Shown: positions 25,298 to 37,889, numbered from the whole stretch's first letter. The stretch is 63,148 bases of DNA, filler included, from Octopus bimaculoides (GCF_001194135.2; 5 parts of 4 records of this genome joined end to end with filler, not necessarily neighbours in it), one strand, 5' to 3'. Made by a program: numbers and translations. The notes: a model not told the origin generated them from the sequence alone.

Positions 25298-25990
25298 AGG
25301 TGCAGCCTTAGCTGAGTGTTGTAGAAAGGTTGCTTCCCAATCACATTGCTCCAAGTTCAGACCCATTGTATGGCACCTTGGGCAAGTGTTTTCTACTATA
25401 GCCCCGGGCCGACCAAAGCCTTTCGAGTGGATTTGGTAAAAAGACGAAAACAAAGAGGCACATATCTATGTGTGTGTCTCTGTGGCCGTGTTTCTCCCCA
25501 CCACTACAACCAGCGCTTGACAACCGGTGTTAGTGTGTTTACGCTCCTATAACTTAGCGGTTCGGCAAAGATTCAATAGAATAAGTACCAGGCTTATTTC
25601 ACTAAAATTCGTAAAGGCGGTGCCCCACCATGGTCGCAGTTTAATGACTGAAAGACGTAAAAGATAAAAGAAAGATATGTATACATGTATATGTATGTAT
25701 GTATATATAATACATACATACATACTTATACATACATATAGATAGATATATATATACGTGTGTATCTACGTGTGTATGTGATTGTGTTTCTTGCCCACTG
25801 CCGCTTGACAACCGGTGTTAGTCTGTTTAGGTCCCTGTAATTTAGCAGTTCGGCAAAAAATGGCCGATAGAATAATTATCAGGCTTTAAAAGATAAATAA
25901 TGGAATAGAGTCGTTCGATTAAAATCCTTCTTGGCTGTGCCTCATCATGTCCGCAGTCCAATGACTGAAACAATTCAATAATAAAAGATC
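25298..25990 (+). mobile_element. SINE family B full copy (25298-25672) plus a second 3' half (25770-25990)
   Basis: Head, central (TG)n, CGCTTGACAACCGGTGTT, GGTTCGGCAAA..ATAGAATAAGTACCAGGCTT and AATGACTGAAA tail. The tail is repeated after a (TATG)n tract. Confidence 0.85.
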
Positions 25991-27487
25991 AGACAATAAA
26001 TCTAGAGGAGCAAGTCTTGGATTGCTGGCTCAATATGTTAGACTTTGTTCTGCTTGTAATTTATAGCCGAAGATAATTTATCTTCTAATTATTTACTTGT
26101 AAAATGAACATAAAACTTGTTCTTGTAGAATAACAAATTATAACTCAATAGTTAACAAAGAGAACAGAATCGAAATTGTAAAAGTACCTGATAATTCCAA
26201 TATGCATAGATACTTGCGTACTTAATATCTTATTTGAATTATATAGAATATAACAATCGGACAGAATTGTACTTAGGTATTTATTAGGTATTAATGTACA
26301 ACACAAGAACTTCCAGTACTACATTTAGATCCCCATGACAGTAACTTATGTCCCAATACAATATATTGCCATGCGAGAGAAATAAAATAAATTTAACTGT
26401 AGAGACATTTATATATCACTTCTCTTTTTTGTTCCATTCTATAGAAATATTTTACGGATGGATAGAAAAAACTTACTCGTAAGTTGAAGGCAATGTAAAG
26501 AGATGCATATGACAAAAAAAGATATTTTGTTATGTTGTTTTCACAATGTATGTTTCGCTTGATTTATCCTCATCACATTCTGCTAAGCGTTAATGATTCA
26601 TTGTACGACTGAAAGAATTAGATGTTCAGTGTTTCAAACACAGACACAAACGAATGGAATCGCTTATTCTGATATCTAATGAAATGGATGACCCATATTT
26701 TAAGGAAAATGTCTAAGAATCAGTAAAGTTCTAAAAGTTATAAATAAGATTTATGGTAATAACTGAATTCTTGAATGGTAACAGTAACAATATTTATTTC
26801 GGGAATGCCTGTTAAGAAAGAATTGCTTCTTCAGAATATCTATACGGAAGTACGAGAATAAATTTAGCAGGATAAAGAATATCAATTCTTTAGTTCATGC
26901 TTGATATAAGAATTACAACAGCATCAGCAGCAACAACAGCAGCAGCAATATCGACAGCAACAATATCAGCAGTGGCAACATCAAAAACAATAACAAAAAT
27001 AATAACTATAATAATAAAATAATCTTTACTGTATGATTAACCTGATGGAAGTTCAACAAATGTCATTCTTTTTCATATCAACACAATACAAATTGTTTAC
27101 AGTCGACTTCGTCAACTTCAGTAAATACCTAGCGATTGTTTTTTCAGCATTGGAATGACAAAATTGAAATTTATGCTGACTGGCTTTGAACGTGGAACAG
27201 GGAGTCGAATAGTGTATCCAATAGAGGATTTAATCGAGAACTCGAAAATTTCAATACAAAGCTATAGTGTTCAAAAATTTAATAAAAACTAGATGTAAGT
27301 TTAAATGAATCACCTCTCTGCTCTGTAGAATGTAACTAGTAACATAATCAACATCCACTGTACTGTAGATGAAAGGCATCATGTTAAAAATTTTATTTAG
27401 AAAACAACAGAACGTATTCGAGGTTTAGGAAGCACTCTATCGCAGAAGTCGGAATTATATTAATATCTCGATTTGCATGAGAATTTT

Positions 27488-27672
27488 AAGGCGGTGAGCT
27501 AGCAGAGTCGTCAGCACGCTGGACGAAATGCTTCCGTCGCTACGTTCTCAGTTCAAATACCGCAGAGGTCGACTTTTTCTTTCATCCTTTCGGGGTCGAT
27601 AAATTAAGTACCAGTGAAATTCTAGGGTCGATGTAATCGACTAGTCTCCCTCCCTTGTGCCTATAATAGGAA
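27488..27672 (+). mobile_element. SINE family A copy
   Basis: AAGGCGGTGAGCTAGCAGAG...TTTCGGGGTCGATAAATTAAGTACCAG. Confidence 0.88.
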
Positions 27673-27914
27673 GGACTTACATGAGAATTTTGTACACGTG
27701 TAGTAAACAAACTAAAACATAGGTGATGTAACATCTCTATTGAAACAGAAAGGGTTTCATAAATACCCCGTAGAACATGCAACACCAGCGCTTCTTTTAT
27801 GCAAGGTATTTATTGAACACGGTAGAGTAGATGTAAAGTAGCAACATTCATATCTGCTTAGCAAGTAACACAACAGTGGACATTGCATGAAAAATGCAAG
27901 GTATATTGGTTTCA

Positions 27915-28240
27915 CACTTGTGCCCAAAGTCTGTAATTTCGAGGGAGGAGATTACATCGACCCCACTATTCATCTGGTACTTACTTAATCGACCTCGAAA
28001 GTGTGAAACGCAGAGTCGATCTCGGTGGCATTTGAACTCAGAATGTAATTCCGGAAGAAATAACACTAAGCATTTTGACTGGTGCGGTAACGGTTCTGTA
28101 AGGTATAATATTAGGTTCGATTTTGGCACAGGGCTAGCAATATCGGAAAAGTCAATTACATCGATCCCAGTACTCAACTGCTAGTTATGATGAAAAGCAA
28201 AATCGACCTCGGCGGCATTTAAACTCAGAACGTAAAGACA
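27915..28240 (-). mobile_element. Two diverged SINE family A copies (27915-28095 and 28120-28240)
   Basis: Each contains CTCGG(T/C)GGCATTT(G/A)AACTCAGAA and TACATCGA.CCCA. Confidence 0.75.
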
Positions 28241-28661
28241 ATGAACATTGTACGGCAGGTACGATAAATCATATTCATATCTTTATTCAGAACAATACCC
28301 GTCTAGTAAAAACTACACTGAACACAAGTTACCAGATCAATATCCAGAGTTTAGATAACATTGTACCATAGATACATTTGTTATTTAAAACATATAGAAG
28401 GCATTTAGTGAATATCATGAAGTAAATATAAGAATAATAGTAAAGTCTCAGCTTAGAAGAGAAAATATTAGATGCATAATGCCAAATACACACTATATGC
28501 AAGGGTCTATATGAACAATATCATTGATATACAATATTGTTCTTTAAACAATAATTTTCTAAAACAAATTACAAAGGCGCTTATTCACTTGTATGTAGCA
28601 CTCATCCCTAAAGGAATTAGTACTAACTCTCATCTCAGAATTATGTATTAAATCAGGATTA

Positions 28662-28735
28662 CATCAATCACTCGACTATCGCGGGTGTTATGATCCAAAA
28701 CCGCCGCGATAGGTGAAAATCCACGAAGTACTGTA

Positions 28736-28771
<36 letters not shown>

Positions 28772-29192
28772 NNNNNNNNNNNNNNNNNNNNNNNNNNNNN
28801 NNNNNNNNNNNNNNNNNNNNNNNNNNNNNNNNNNNNNNNNNNNNNNNNNNNNNNNNNNNNNNNNNNNNNNNNNNNNNNNNNNNNNNNNNNNNNNNNNNNN
28901 NNNNNNNNNNNNNNNNNNNNNNNNNNNNNNNNNNNNNNNNNNNNNNNNNNNNNNNNNNNNNNNNNNNNNNNNNNNNNNNNNNNNNNNNNNNNNNNNNNNN
29001 NNNNNNNNNNNNNNNNNNNNNNNNNNNNNNNNNNNNNNNNNNNNNNNNNNNNNNNNNNNNNNNNNNNNNNNNNNNNNNNNNNNNNNNNNNNNNNNNNNNN
29101 NNNNNNNNNNNNNNNNNNNNNNNNNNNNNNNNNNNNNNNNNNNNNNNNNNNNNNNNNNNNNNNNNNNNNNNNNNNNNNNNNNNNNNNNNNNN

Positions 29193-29230
<38 letters not shown>

Positions 29231-29346
29231 TATTTGTATATATTTATTATTTTTATTATAAATGCAAAACAACACCACGGACGAATCGACGTACGCATAG
29301 ATAATAAACCGCGATAGGTGAACCGCGATATGGCGAGAAATTATTG
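28662..29346. mobile_element. Second copy of the pogo/Tigger-like MITE (spans a gap)
   Basis: Shares CTCGACTATCGCGGGTGTTA, GATAGGTGAAAATCC, CAAAACAACACCAC and ATAATAAACCGCGATAGGTGAACCG with the 62305 copy. TA flanks. Confidence 0.75.
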
Positions 29347-29801
29347 TATTATCAGTATTATAATCAATATACTCTAAAAGATACTACCAACTTCCCTCTT
29401 CAGGAAAATTAGAATTAGAAATCATCTTACAACTGACCCTGTCGGCTCTACACGTGTTTACCAAATACTGTTTGATTTTAATTTTGTCATAGGCAACTAT
29501 AATTTCAGCCAAATTCATGGTGGTCGAATATGAAAATTTTACTTTATTGGCGATTAAATAAATTGCCTTACCGACTTAGTGATGGGAAATACTTATCCAG
29601 TGCAGCAAAGAATTTTTGAAGAATATTATTAGTTATGTAAGTGCACCAAATTATATTCCTTGATTTTGTCTTTCTATTATTTATGTAGTCTTCTTTCGTA
29701 ATATTAACATTATCAACATGTTTATAATTCTTAATTCCGGTACCAAAATTAGCTGCTTCCCTGCTATAATTCTTATGCTGAAACTTATTTATATATATAC
29801 A

Positions 29802-29840
<39 letters not shown>

Positions 29841-29940
29841 NNNNNNNNNNNNNNNNNNNNNNNNNNNNNNNNNNNNNNNNNNNNNNNNNNNNNNNNNNNN
29901 NNNNNNNNNNNNNNNNNNNNNNNNNNNNNNNNNNNNNNNN

Positions 29941-29985
<45 letters not shown>

Positions 29986-30587
29986 TTCAAGTTGGAAGGA
30001 AAGATAATTGGAAAGGCAGAATTCAAAAATATAAAAACAATAGTTTTTTACAGAAAGAGTTTGAAGTTGGAAAAAATGATATCTAAAATAAAAGGATTAA
30101 TAAGGCTGAAACTAGAACCAGAAACGTTTGCAGAAGGAACAAAAGCAATAGTGGCGGAGGAACATATTGGGAACAAGCTGTTTTAAACGGACAGATTTAA
30201 TTACGAACTAAGTGGATTGTATGTGGGTTACAACACCTTGCCAAACGTCGTAACGACGGAAGAATTGAGGACATATGTAATCGTGAAAGAATCATTAACG
30301 ATAATAAACTGTATAAGAAATGTATAAGAAGACTGTTAAATGAAACAGCGAGTTTTGGGGGACTCGTAAGCCATTCCATCATCACATTGTAAGTTACTCA
30401 TTTCATTCATCATTCGTTCTATGTACCCCACGTTCTGTATTGTGTTGACTGTCTTTGTATTGTTCCCCCTCTTTGTAATGAGGCCTTAGTGCCTATAATA
30501 AAAATTTAGTGTTGAGTAGCAGTCGAGTAGCAGTTGTGTAGCGATTGAGTAGAGTTCATTCGAAGGTGCTAGATAGCAGTAGCATGA

Positions 30588-30709
30588 GGCGACGAAGATT
30601 TCGTAGCTCACACAGCCATTGTGTTGTATTGCAATATGACAGTGGCGACGAGGATTTCGTAGCTCACACAGCCATTGTGTAGTATTGCGATATAACAGTG
30701 GCGACGAGG
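30588..30709 (+). repeat. 56-bp tandem repeat at the LTR U5/PBS junction
   Basis: GGCGACGA starts at 30588, 30644 and 30700, giving two full units plus a third PBS. Confidence 0.95.
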
Positions 30710-30727
30710 TTTCTAATAGCACCAATA

Positions 30728-30760
30728 ATGGAAGAGTTACTGAAAGCAGTCGTGAAACAA

Positions 30761-30797
<37 letters not shown>

Positions 30798-31060
30798 TAC
30801 AGAAGTTAACAGGATTGTTACTGCAGGCGAGAAATAGCAGAGAATCATTTTCAGCAGATGGTATTGCAAATTCCATCGAAGAATTTCAGTACAATCCAGA
30901 TGAAGGAACTAATTTTGCGGCATATTACAGACGATATGAAGATATATTCCGAGAGGAATGCAAGGGATGGTTTAGTGAAAGGAAGGTAAGACTCGTTTTG
31001 CAAAAGCTTGCTACTCCGAAACACGAAAGTTTTTGTAACTTTATTTTGCAGAGAAAGCAT
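30728..31060 (+). pseudogene. gag: Gypsy gag N-terminal part with a (CAG)n polyQ tract
   Basis: MEELLKAVVKQQEQQQ...SIEEFQYNPDEGTNFAAYYRRYEDIFREECKGWFSERKVRLVLQKL..HESFCNFIL is typical of Mag-clade gag. It breaks off at about 31060 with no zinc knuckles. Confidence 0.8.
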
Positions 31061-31068
31061 CGGAAAAA

Positions 31069-33148
31069 ATGAAATTTAAACTGAAAAGGATGTACCCGGA
31101 TATATTTTCGAAAGAGCTTGGTATGTGTGAAAAAAATAAAGTAAAATTCGAGTTAAAAGAAAATGCGGTGCCGGTGTTTAAACCGAAAAGGAATGTACCG
31201 TTTGCGGCGTTGAATCAAGTTGAGAAGGAATTAAAACTATTGGAAGACCTGGAAGTAATTGAAAAAGTGAATTACTCGGAGTGGGCGGCTCCTACGGTAT
31301 ATATAAAAAAGAAGAATAACGAGGTCAGAGTATGTGCGGACTTCTCAACTGGGCTGAATGACTGTTTAAAAAATGTATAATTATCCGCTGCCAAACCCAG
31401 AGGAAATATTTGCCAAGTGCAATGGTGGGAAAAAATTTTCCAAGCTGGATTTGTCTGAGGCCTACCTCCAATTACAGGTAGACAAAAAATGTGCTAAAGT
31501 ATTAACAATTAATACTCATAAAGGTCTGTACCGTTCCAAAAGACTGCCATTTGGGGTGAAGGTTGCACCAGCAATATTTCGGTAAGTAATGGATACTATG
31601 CTGGCAGATTGTGAGTTCGTGGTCCCATACCTGGATGACATATTGATTTAAAGTGAATCAAGGGACCGACATAGTGAACATATAGAAGAGGTTTTCAAAC
31701 GAATAAGTGATTATGGATTTAAAGTAAGGGAGGATAAATGTGAATTTTTTTTTACCAAAATAAAGTACTTAGGACAGGTGATCGATGAAAACGGGCGAAA
31801 ACCAAACCCTTCGAGGATTGACGCGATAAAATAAATGCCTGCTCCCACTAACAAAACAACACTACAAGCATTTTTAGGTTTGNNNNNNNNNNNNNNNNNN
31901 NNNNNNNNNNNNNNNNNNNNNNNNNNNNNNNNNNNNNNNNNNNNNNNNNNNNNNNNNNNNNNNNNNNNNNNNNNNNNNNNNNNNNNNNNNNNNNATCATT
32001 AACTCATTTCAACCCAAAATTAAAAATAATTGTGGAATCGGACGCCAGTGAATATGGCATAGGAGCGGAAAGAAACTACAGCCAGATTGAAAAAGAGGCG
32101 TTATTATTAATCTTCGAAGTTAAAAAATTCCGCAAATTCTTACATGGGAGGAAGTTTACACTGCAAACGGATCACCGACCGTTATTGTCTATTTTTGGTT
32201 CGAAAAAGGGTATCCCCCACGCACTCAGCAAACCGCTTACAGTGCTGGGGGACTACTCTGTTGAACTACGATTTTCAGATGGAGTTTTTGCCATCAATGA
32301 AAATGGGACACGCAGACGGGTTGTCTAGGCTGATTCCAAAATATGAGGAACCTTTTGAAGACACGGTGATTGCAAAGTTAAAACTAGAAAAGGAACTGAA
32401 GAACATTTTGTGCAATGTAATACGTGATTTGCCGGTAACGCTGAAAGAAATTAAATTGAAATCGCAAAATGATAAGTTTATAAATAAGATTAAAAATATG
32501 TTGTGTAACACAAAAAATATAAATGAGCGGGATGTAAGTTCAAAGCACTATTCAGTATGTGATGAGATATTATTATACGCGCAAAGAGTGATACTACCTG
32601 AAATACTGCAAAACAGAGTATTAAAAGATTTTCATGTTGGACATCCGGGGATTGTCCGGATGAAGAGCCTTATGAGAAGTTACGCCTATTGGCCAAATAT
32701 GGACAAGCAAATTGAGAGACTGGTAAAACAGTGTAGGGGGTGCGCGATGGCAGCAAGAGCGCCCCCAGTGCAGATACAGCCTTGGCCAAAAATGGATTCG
32801 GCATGGTCTAGACTACATGTGGATTTCGCAGGACCATTAAATGGCTCCTATTATATCATTGTGGTGGATAGCTATTCCAAATGGCCGGAAGTGTGTAAAT
32901 GTTCAAGGCCAACCACAAGTGTGACGTTTGACTTCTTGGAAGAACTGTTCTCTCGGTATGAGGTGCCATATACGATCGTGTCAGATAATGGTACACAATT
33001 CAGAGTGAAGGAGTTCAAAAGATTCTGTAAGTCGGTTCAGATGAAGCATGTGTTATTTCCGCCATACTACCCAAGGTCAAATGGGTTAACGGAAAGATTC
33101 GTCGACACATTCAAGAGATTTAAGGAAGACCAGACGGGAGGACTTTGA
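31069..33148 (+). pseudogene. pol: Gypsy pol (RT, RNase H, integrase), disrupted; protease absent
   Basis: Motifs EWAAP, VRVCADFSTGLN, FSKLDLSEAYLQL, RLPFGV, YLDD (31628-39), [35 protein letters not shown]-x3-HPG...C-x2-C, HVDFAGP, VSDNGTQF, SNGLTERFV. There are frameshifts (about 31373 and 32220), in-frame stops and a gap at 31883-31995. Confidence 0.92.
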
Positions 33149-33190
33149 AGATAAAAATATGACAAGTTTTGCAGAAAAAATTTTATTACA

Positions 33191-33891
33191 TGTGTATAAG
33201 GGATGACCACTATGTGGACATCCAATATGCTAGAAAGAGGTCATCAACAACCCAACCACAAAGAAAAATAATGTTCTCCAGAAAAATTTCGCAAAACGCC
33301 AGAACAGGACAAAATGGAAATATACAGAATAAAGAGTTATCTATGGACTGCAGTGGTCATCCCTTATACACGTGTAATACAATTTTTTTCTGAATTTTCA
33401 GACTTTTTTTATATGCTAGGCCACTTGGTTTTAAATTGAATTGATATTCAATTTATCACCCTATCTATATAAATAATAATTTAAATAGTTCTCCAACCGG
33501 CAACATATACTGCAGTGAATTATTCTCTGCAGAATTGTTTCCGGAATTTTGCGCGCCGGAGCTGAGGCATTTTGTAAAATAGCCCTAATGTAATCGGTAG
33601 ATCTATATGCAAATCTTGTTTCATGAAGACAATTCGTGTATAGTTCTGCAAATTATATTGATTCTAGAACCTCTATGCTGATGAGAACACGGATGTTATT
33701 ACGTAAGTATAACGTTAATGTTCGAAACTGCAGTCCATAGATAACTCTTTATTCTGTATATTTCTCATTTTGTCCTTTTTTGGCGTTTTGCAAAATTCTT
33801 CTGGAGAACATTATTTTTCTTTGTGGTTGGGTTGTTGATGACCTCTTTCTAGCATATTGGATGTCCACTTAGTGGTCATCCCTTATACACG
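33191..33891. mobile_element. MITE with about 165-bp TIRs (Tc1/mariner-like, TA at right end)
   Basis: 33191-33354 and 33727-33891 are inverted copies (GTGTATAAGGGATGACCACTA...CTATGGACTGCAGT). The right end reads CACG|TA. Confidence 0.85.
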
Positions 33892-35219
33892 TATATACAT
33901 ATATATATATACATACACATATACATATATATGTATGCATGTATTATGTATGTATGCATATATCTATCTACTCTATCTATATGATATATATTAAACTTTT
34001 ATAACGAGAAAGTTGAGAGTGACTTCGATGTTACGACTAGCTCCCTTCGTCAGCCTATCTGATGAAGCCAGACAAGGTGAAAGTTTGACCTGTCAATCTT
34101 CTCCTTTCAAAATATGTAGTGGGTAATTCTTCACTTTAATACTAAATCGTTTTTGTATAACTTGACATAACAACAAACAGTAATACACAGGTGCATGATG
34201 AGGTGAATGTAGAATGGATTGACAGCTGGATGGATGGAGGGAAAGACGGACGGACTGTCGGACGGACTGACGGACGGACGGACAGATGGATGGATCGATG
34301 GATGGATCGATGGATCGATGACATTTTTTGACTATATAGAAAACTCTTAATGTAAGTTTTATGCAGTCTAAGTGTAAAATGTGAAAAACAAAAATTCTCT
34401 ATATATGAGTATAGTTATAGTGAATTGGATCTACCTCTGAAAAGTAAAATCAAAGACACTTTTGGCAGGTTTTGAACACAAAACAACAAGGAACAAAACC
34501 GAAATGGTATAAAGCAATCTGACAAGAAACATTTCTACAACACATCACCGTTTTCCAGAAATAGAAATATCTAAAGTGAAACCTACACCTATATAAATAA
34601 CAAACATTTTCCATGTAAAAGAGAAAAATGCATCATACCATAATAAATATGACTTTGCACGATTCCTAACAAAGACAAATATCCTATGTTGAAATTTTTC
34701 CCACTATTTGAGGAATCTTTTGCTATTTTTGTCAACAGCCAATGACAGCCATTTTGTGCAATATTCTCTCACTGCTTATCGAAATCTTATTTTATCTTGG
34801 TAAGTTGTAATTTCTTTGTGTAGAAGTAATCTTGAAGTAGTTTTATTATTTTTCGTTTTCATCTCCGGTGCTCTGTGACAGCTCTAAATCTTGAATTCAC
34901 TTCAATATATATTTACAATATAGATCTAAAAATACTGATAATGGCATTATCTGACGTTAGGAGACAAATGTCTTTGCTAAAATCGATATTTATGTAATAA
35001 TTTACAATTGCACCAATCATTTCTGTTGCTGATCAAGATGTCTAATGAACGTATATATACATAACACATCTAAATACAATTATAAGTACACATAATCTTA
35101 CGCAATTTTTCTCTTCCTCTTTCACTTGGATATGCACGCATACGCATACAAATATTCATTCATTCAGTTATTCCTTCATACATACATACATACATACATA
35201 CATACATACATACATACAT

Positions 35220-35717
35220 CAGAGAAGAATAAATCAAAGAAAAACAGTAAACAAAAGGTTTAACCGGTATCAGGCAGCAGTGTACAAAGACTTGAGAAAA
35301 GTAGTGAATATCATAGAAGCTCCATCGCGAGAAGACATAGATTCTTTTTGGAGGAAAATCTGGAGCGAAGAGATGAAACAAATTCGAAGTAATAATTGTC
35401 CCTGTATAACACCGAAGACATTGATGGTGATATCCTTGCAATCATAATCCCCAAACTTCAAGATGGGAAAGCATTTAGAAGAGACTTGATTGTTGATTTA
35501 AGAGGCTAACCTTCTACCGACAAACATCTTATCAATCTGCACCAGCAAGCTTTCAGTGGGAATAATAACATATCATAATAGTTACCTCTGGTAGAGACAA
35601 AACCGATGCCCAAAAGCAGAACCACCCACATGGACAGTTGCATATCAGAAGCTAATGAATAATATATATATACAGAAAGTTTAAACATCTTCCTCCAAGA
35701 CCATTGGGAAAGTAATA
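35220..35717 (+). mobile_element. Non-LTR retrotransposon (R4/Dong-like) fragment, 5' part, interrupted by the mariner
   Basis: RRINQRKTVNKRFNRYQAAVYKDL..APSREDIDSFWRKIWSEE and LNIFLQDHWESN precede RT motif 1-2, which resumes after 36932. Confidence 0.6.
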
Positions 35718-36932
35718 TGAGGTGGCATCATAAACTTCCGGGCTAGTTATGTTTAATAAAAAATAACTCATTTACCTAAGTTTTAACATCATATTCTTCG
35801 ACATAGTCACCTTGCACAGCATTCCTCCAGCTTCTGGAGACCGGCCTGGACGTTTTTCCCATCAGTCAATCGAGGACCTTCTAGATCTCGTCAACAGTGT
35901 TAATGGTGACCAGTGAACTGCATTTTCATTTTGGAGAAGAGATGGATGTCTGCAAGTGCTAAATCTGTCGAATGGGGCGGGTGTGAAAGCGATAACATGT
36001 TTTCGGCGTGACACTCACAAGTGAGGAAAGCTCGGTGGAAGGGTGCATTGTCGTCGTGGAGAATCCAGTTCTTCACGTTCCACAGATCCGGTCACTTTCG
36101 CTGAACTTTCGATTGCCGGTCTGGCCCGGAGGCACGATTTCTCGATGCACAATATCACGGATAGCGAAAAACACTATGAGCATGCTCTTGATTGAGCTGC
36201 GGCTCTGTCGTGCCTCTTCTGCTGTGATAACTGTTGCTTCATCTAAGGGTCGTCCACGTAAACCCAACTTTTTTTCGTCACGGGTGATGATCCTCAACAT
36301 GAAGAACGGGTCATCGGCGGCACGCTGAGGGAGATCTTGATACACTTCGACGCCATGTTCTTCCTGTTCGGTAGTCACCAGTCGGGGGACAAATTTGGCA
36401 GAGACACGCCGCAATTCAGACGTTAGGTCCGCAATTCAGACGAACCTATACAACAGACCTACAGCATCAGCAATGTCGTTGATAGTCCTCCGACAATCCT
36501 CATCCACAGCTGAATAATTTTCTCCACATTTCCGGGGATGACGCTCGTGGCAGATCTTCCAGATAACTCATCGTCTTCCAGGGAGTTTCTTCTGCCTTTG
36601 AAGCGCCCGTACTACTCGAAACATTGCGTAAAACTCATTGCCGTGTTGCCGTAAGCTTGCTGAAACATGCTCAACGTCTCTCTAGCAGACTTCTCAGCTT
36701 TGATTTCACGTTGGCTCTTTGTTCCAATTTCTTGTCTTTGATAAAATCGCAGACTACAGAATACACGTGAACACAAAATCGCAATTTCACATCTTGAGAA
36801 GTAAACACAGCGATTTCACTCGGCACATTACCTCATGATGGTCACTACTACCTCTCATGATGCACTCAAGCGTGTGCTACCATCTGCTGGTGCGCTATAG
36901 AATTAGTCTAGGAACCTTTTGATACTACCTTG
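35718..36932 (-). mobile_element. Mariner (DD34D-type) transposon fossil, about 1.2 kb
   Basis: Degenerate TIRs: TA|TGAGGTGGCATCATAAACTTCCGGGCTAGT on the left and ATTAGTCTAGGAACCTTTTGATACTACCTTG on the right. Minus-strand peptides RRVSAKFVPRL, RIITRDE, KSMLIVFF..IVHREIVPPGQT, WILHDDNAPFH and HPPHSTDLA match mariner WVPR, DET, HDNA and YSPDLAP motifs. Confidence 0.9.
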
Positions 36933-37620
36933 TTGCAGCATCATCATCACAGTAGAACAAGCCGCTGGGAAGAAGGGAGTCTGGGGATGCGTAGAGTAAT
37001 TGTTGATAAACAAAAATGTAATGTCAAAGGTGCAGAAGCATAGAAGGAACCTAGTTTCAATATAGGTGGACTACAAGAAAGCCTTTGACTCTGGACCCCA
37101 CTCATGGATGCTAGACGCCCTTCGACATGCTAAAGTTCCATAGAGCATAGTCAAAGCCATAACTGACCTGACTTCATCGTGGGCCACCATTTTAAAGTTA
37201 AATACAAGTAGTGATTGTATTTTATTACTGATAAAATACAGTATGGTAGAGGTACATTCCAAGGTACAGCCTCTGTGTGATATTGTACATACTTTCAGTA
37301 AACCCCTTGTAATTCATGTTGAGGAAGTTTGAAGGGTATCTCACTAGTTCACGAGGAAACAGATATACCAAAATTACATGCTGTTTCATTGCGAATGACT
37401 TGAAACTGTATGTCAAGAATATGCATGAGATAGAAAAGAGCCTTGATCTGATTACAACATTCTCAAAGGATGTAGGTTAAAGTTTGGATAAATGTTGCTA
37501 TATGGTCGTGAAAAGGAGGAAAATGTAAACCAGACAAGCAGCATCTCTATCAATGACTTAACTGTTTCTTCTATATCGGATGAGGAATGTTACAGGTACC
37601 TAAGGATAGAGAAAAGCATA
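36933..37620 (+). mobile_element. Non-LTR retrotransposon (R4/Dong-like) reverse transcriptase fragment
   Basis: IITVEQAAGKKGVWGCVE*LLINK, VDYKKAFDSGPHSW, RGTFQG, FIANDLKLY, LDKC and YRYL are decayed RT motifs with stops. Confidence 0.85.
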
Positions 37621-37889
37621 TCTTTCACATAGGGTAGACAAACTGTGGACAGTTTATTGGCCTCATCCTCTCTCTTCTTCATAATTGGAGTGGATCGTAT
37701 ACTTTTGGGGTAGTTGTTGCTTAACAGATTGTTATTGAGCTTGATAATTTCTTCGTGGTGTGTATCACGATCGCTACTTATATTCTTTGCATGATGTTTT
37801 AGGCACTGAGCAATCCCTCTCTTTACACTGCATGGATGGTGGGAATTGAAGTTGAAGTATCGTCCAATAAAGGTCGGCTATTATTGTGA

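Larger units (their letters stand above)
30276..33148 (+). mobile_element. Ty3/Gypsy LTR retrotransposon (Mag-like), internally deleted and 3'-truncated
   Basis: Putative 5' LTR (start uncertain, TG at 30276) ends ...ATAACA and is followed by PBS TGGCGACGAGG. Then come gag, RT with YLDD, RNase H (DAS..EKE..TDH) and integrase (HHCC and DDE). No 3' LTR or PPT was found. Confidence 0.9.

Noticed and set aside
30588-30709. 56-bp repeats as a CRISPR array
   Set aside because: Contiguous tandem units without unique spacers, eukaryotic context, explained by LTR/PBS duplication.
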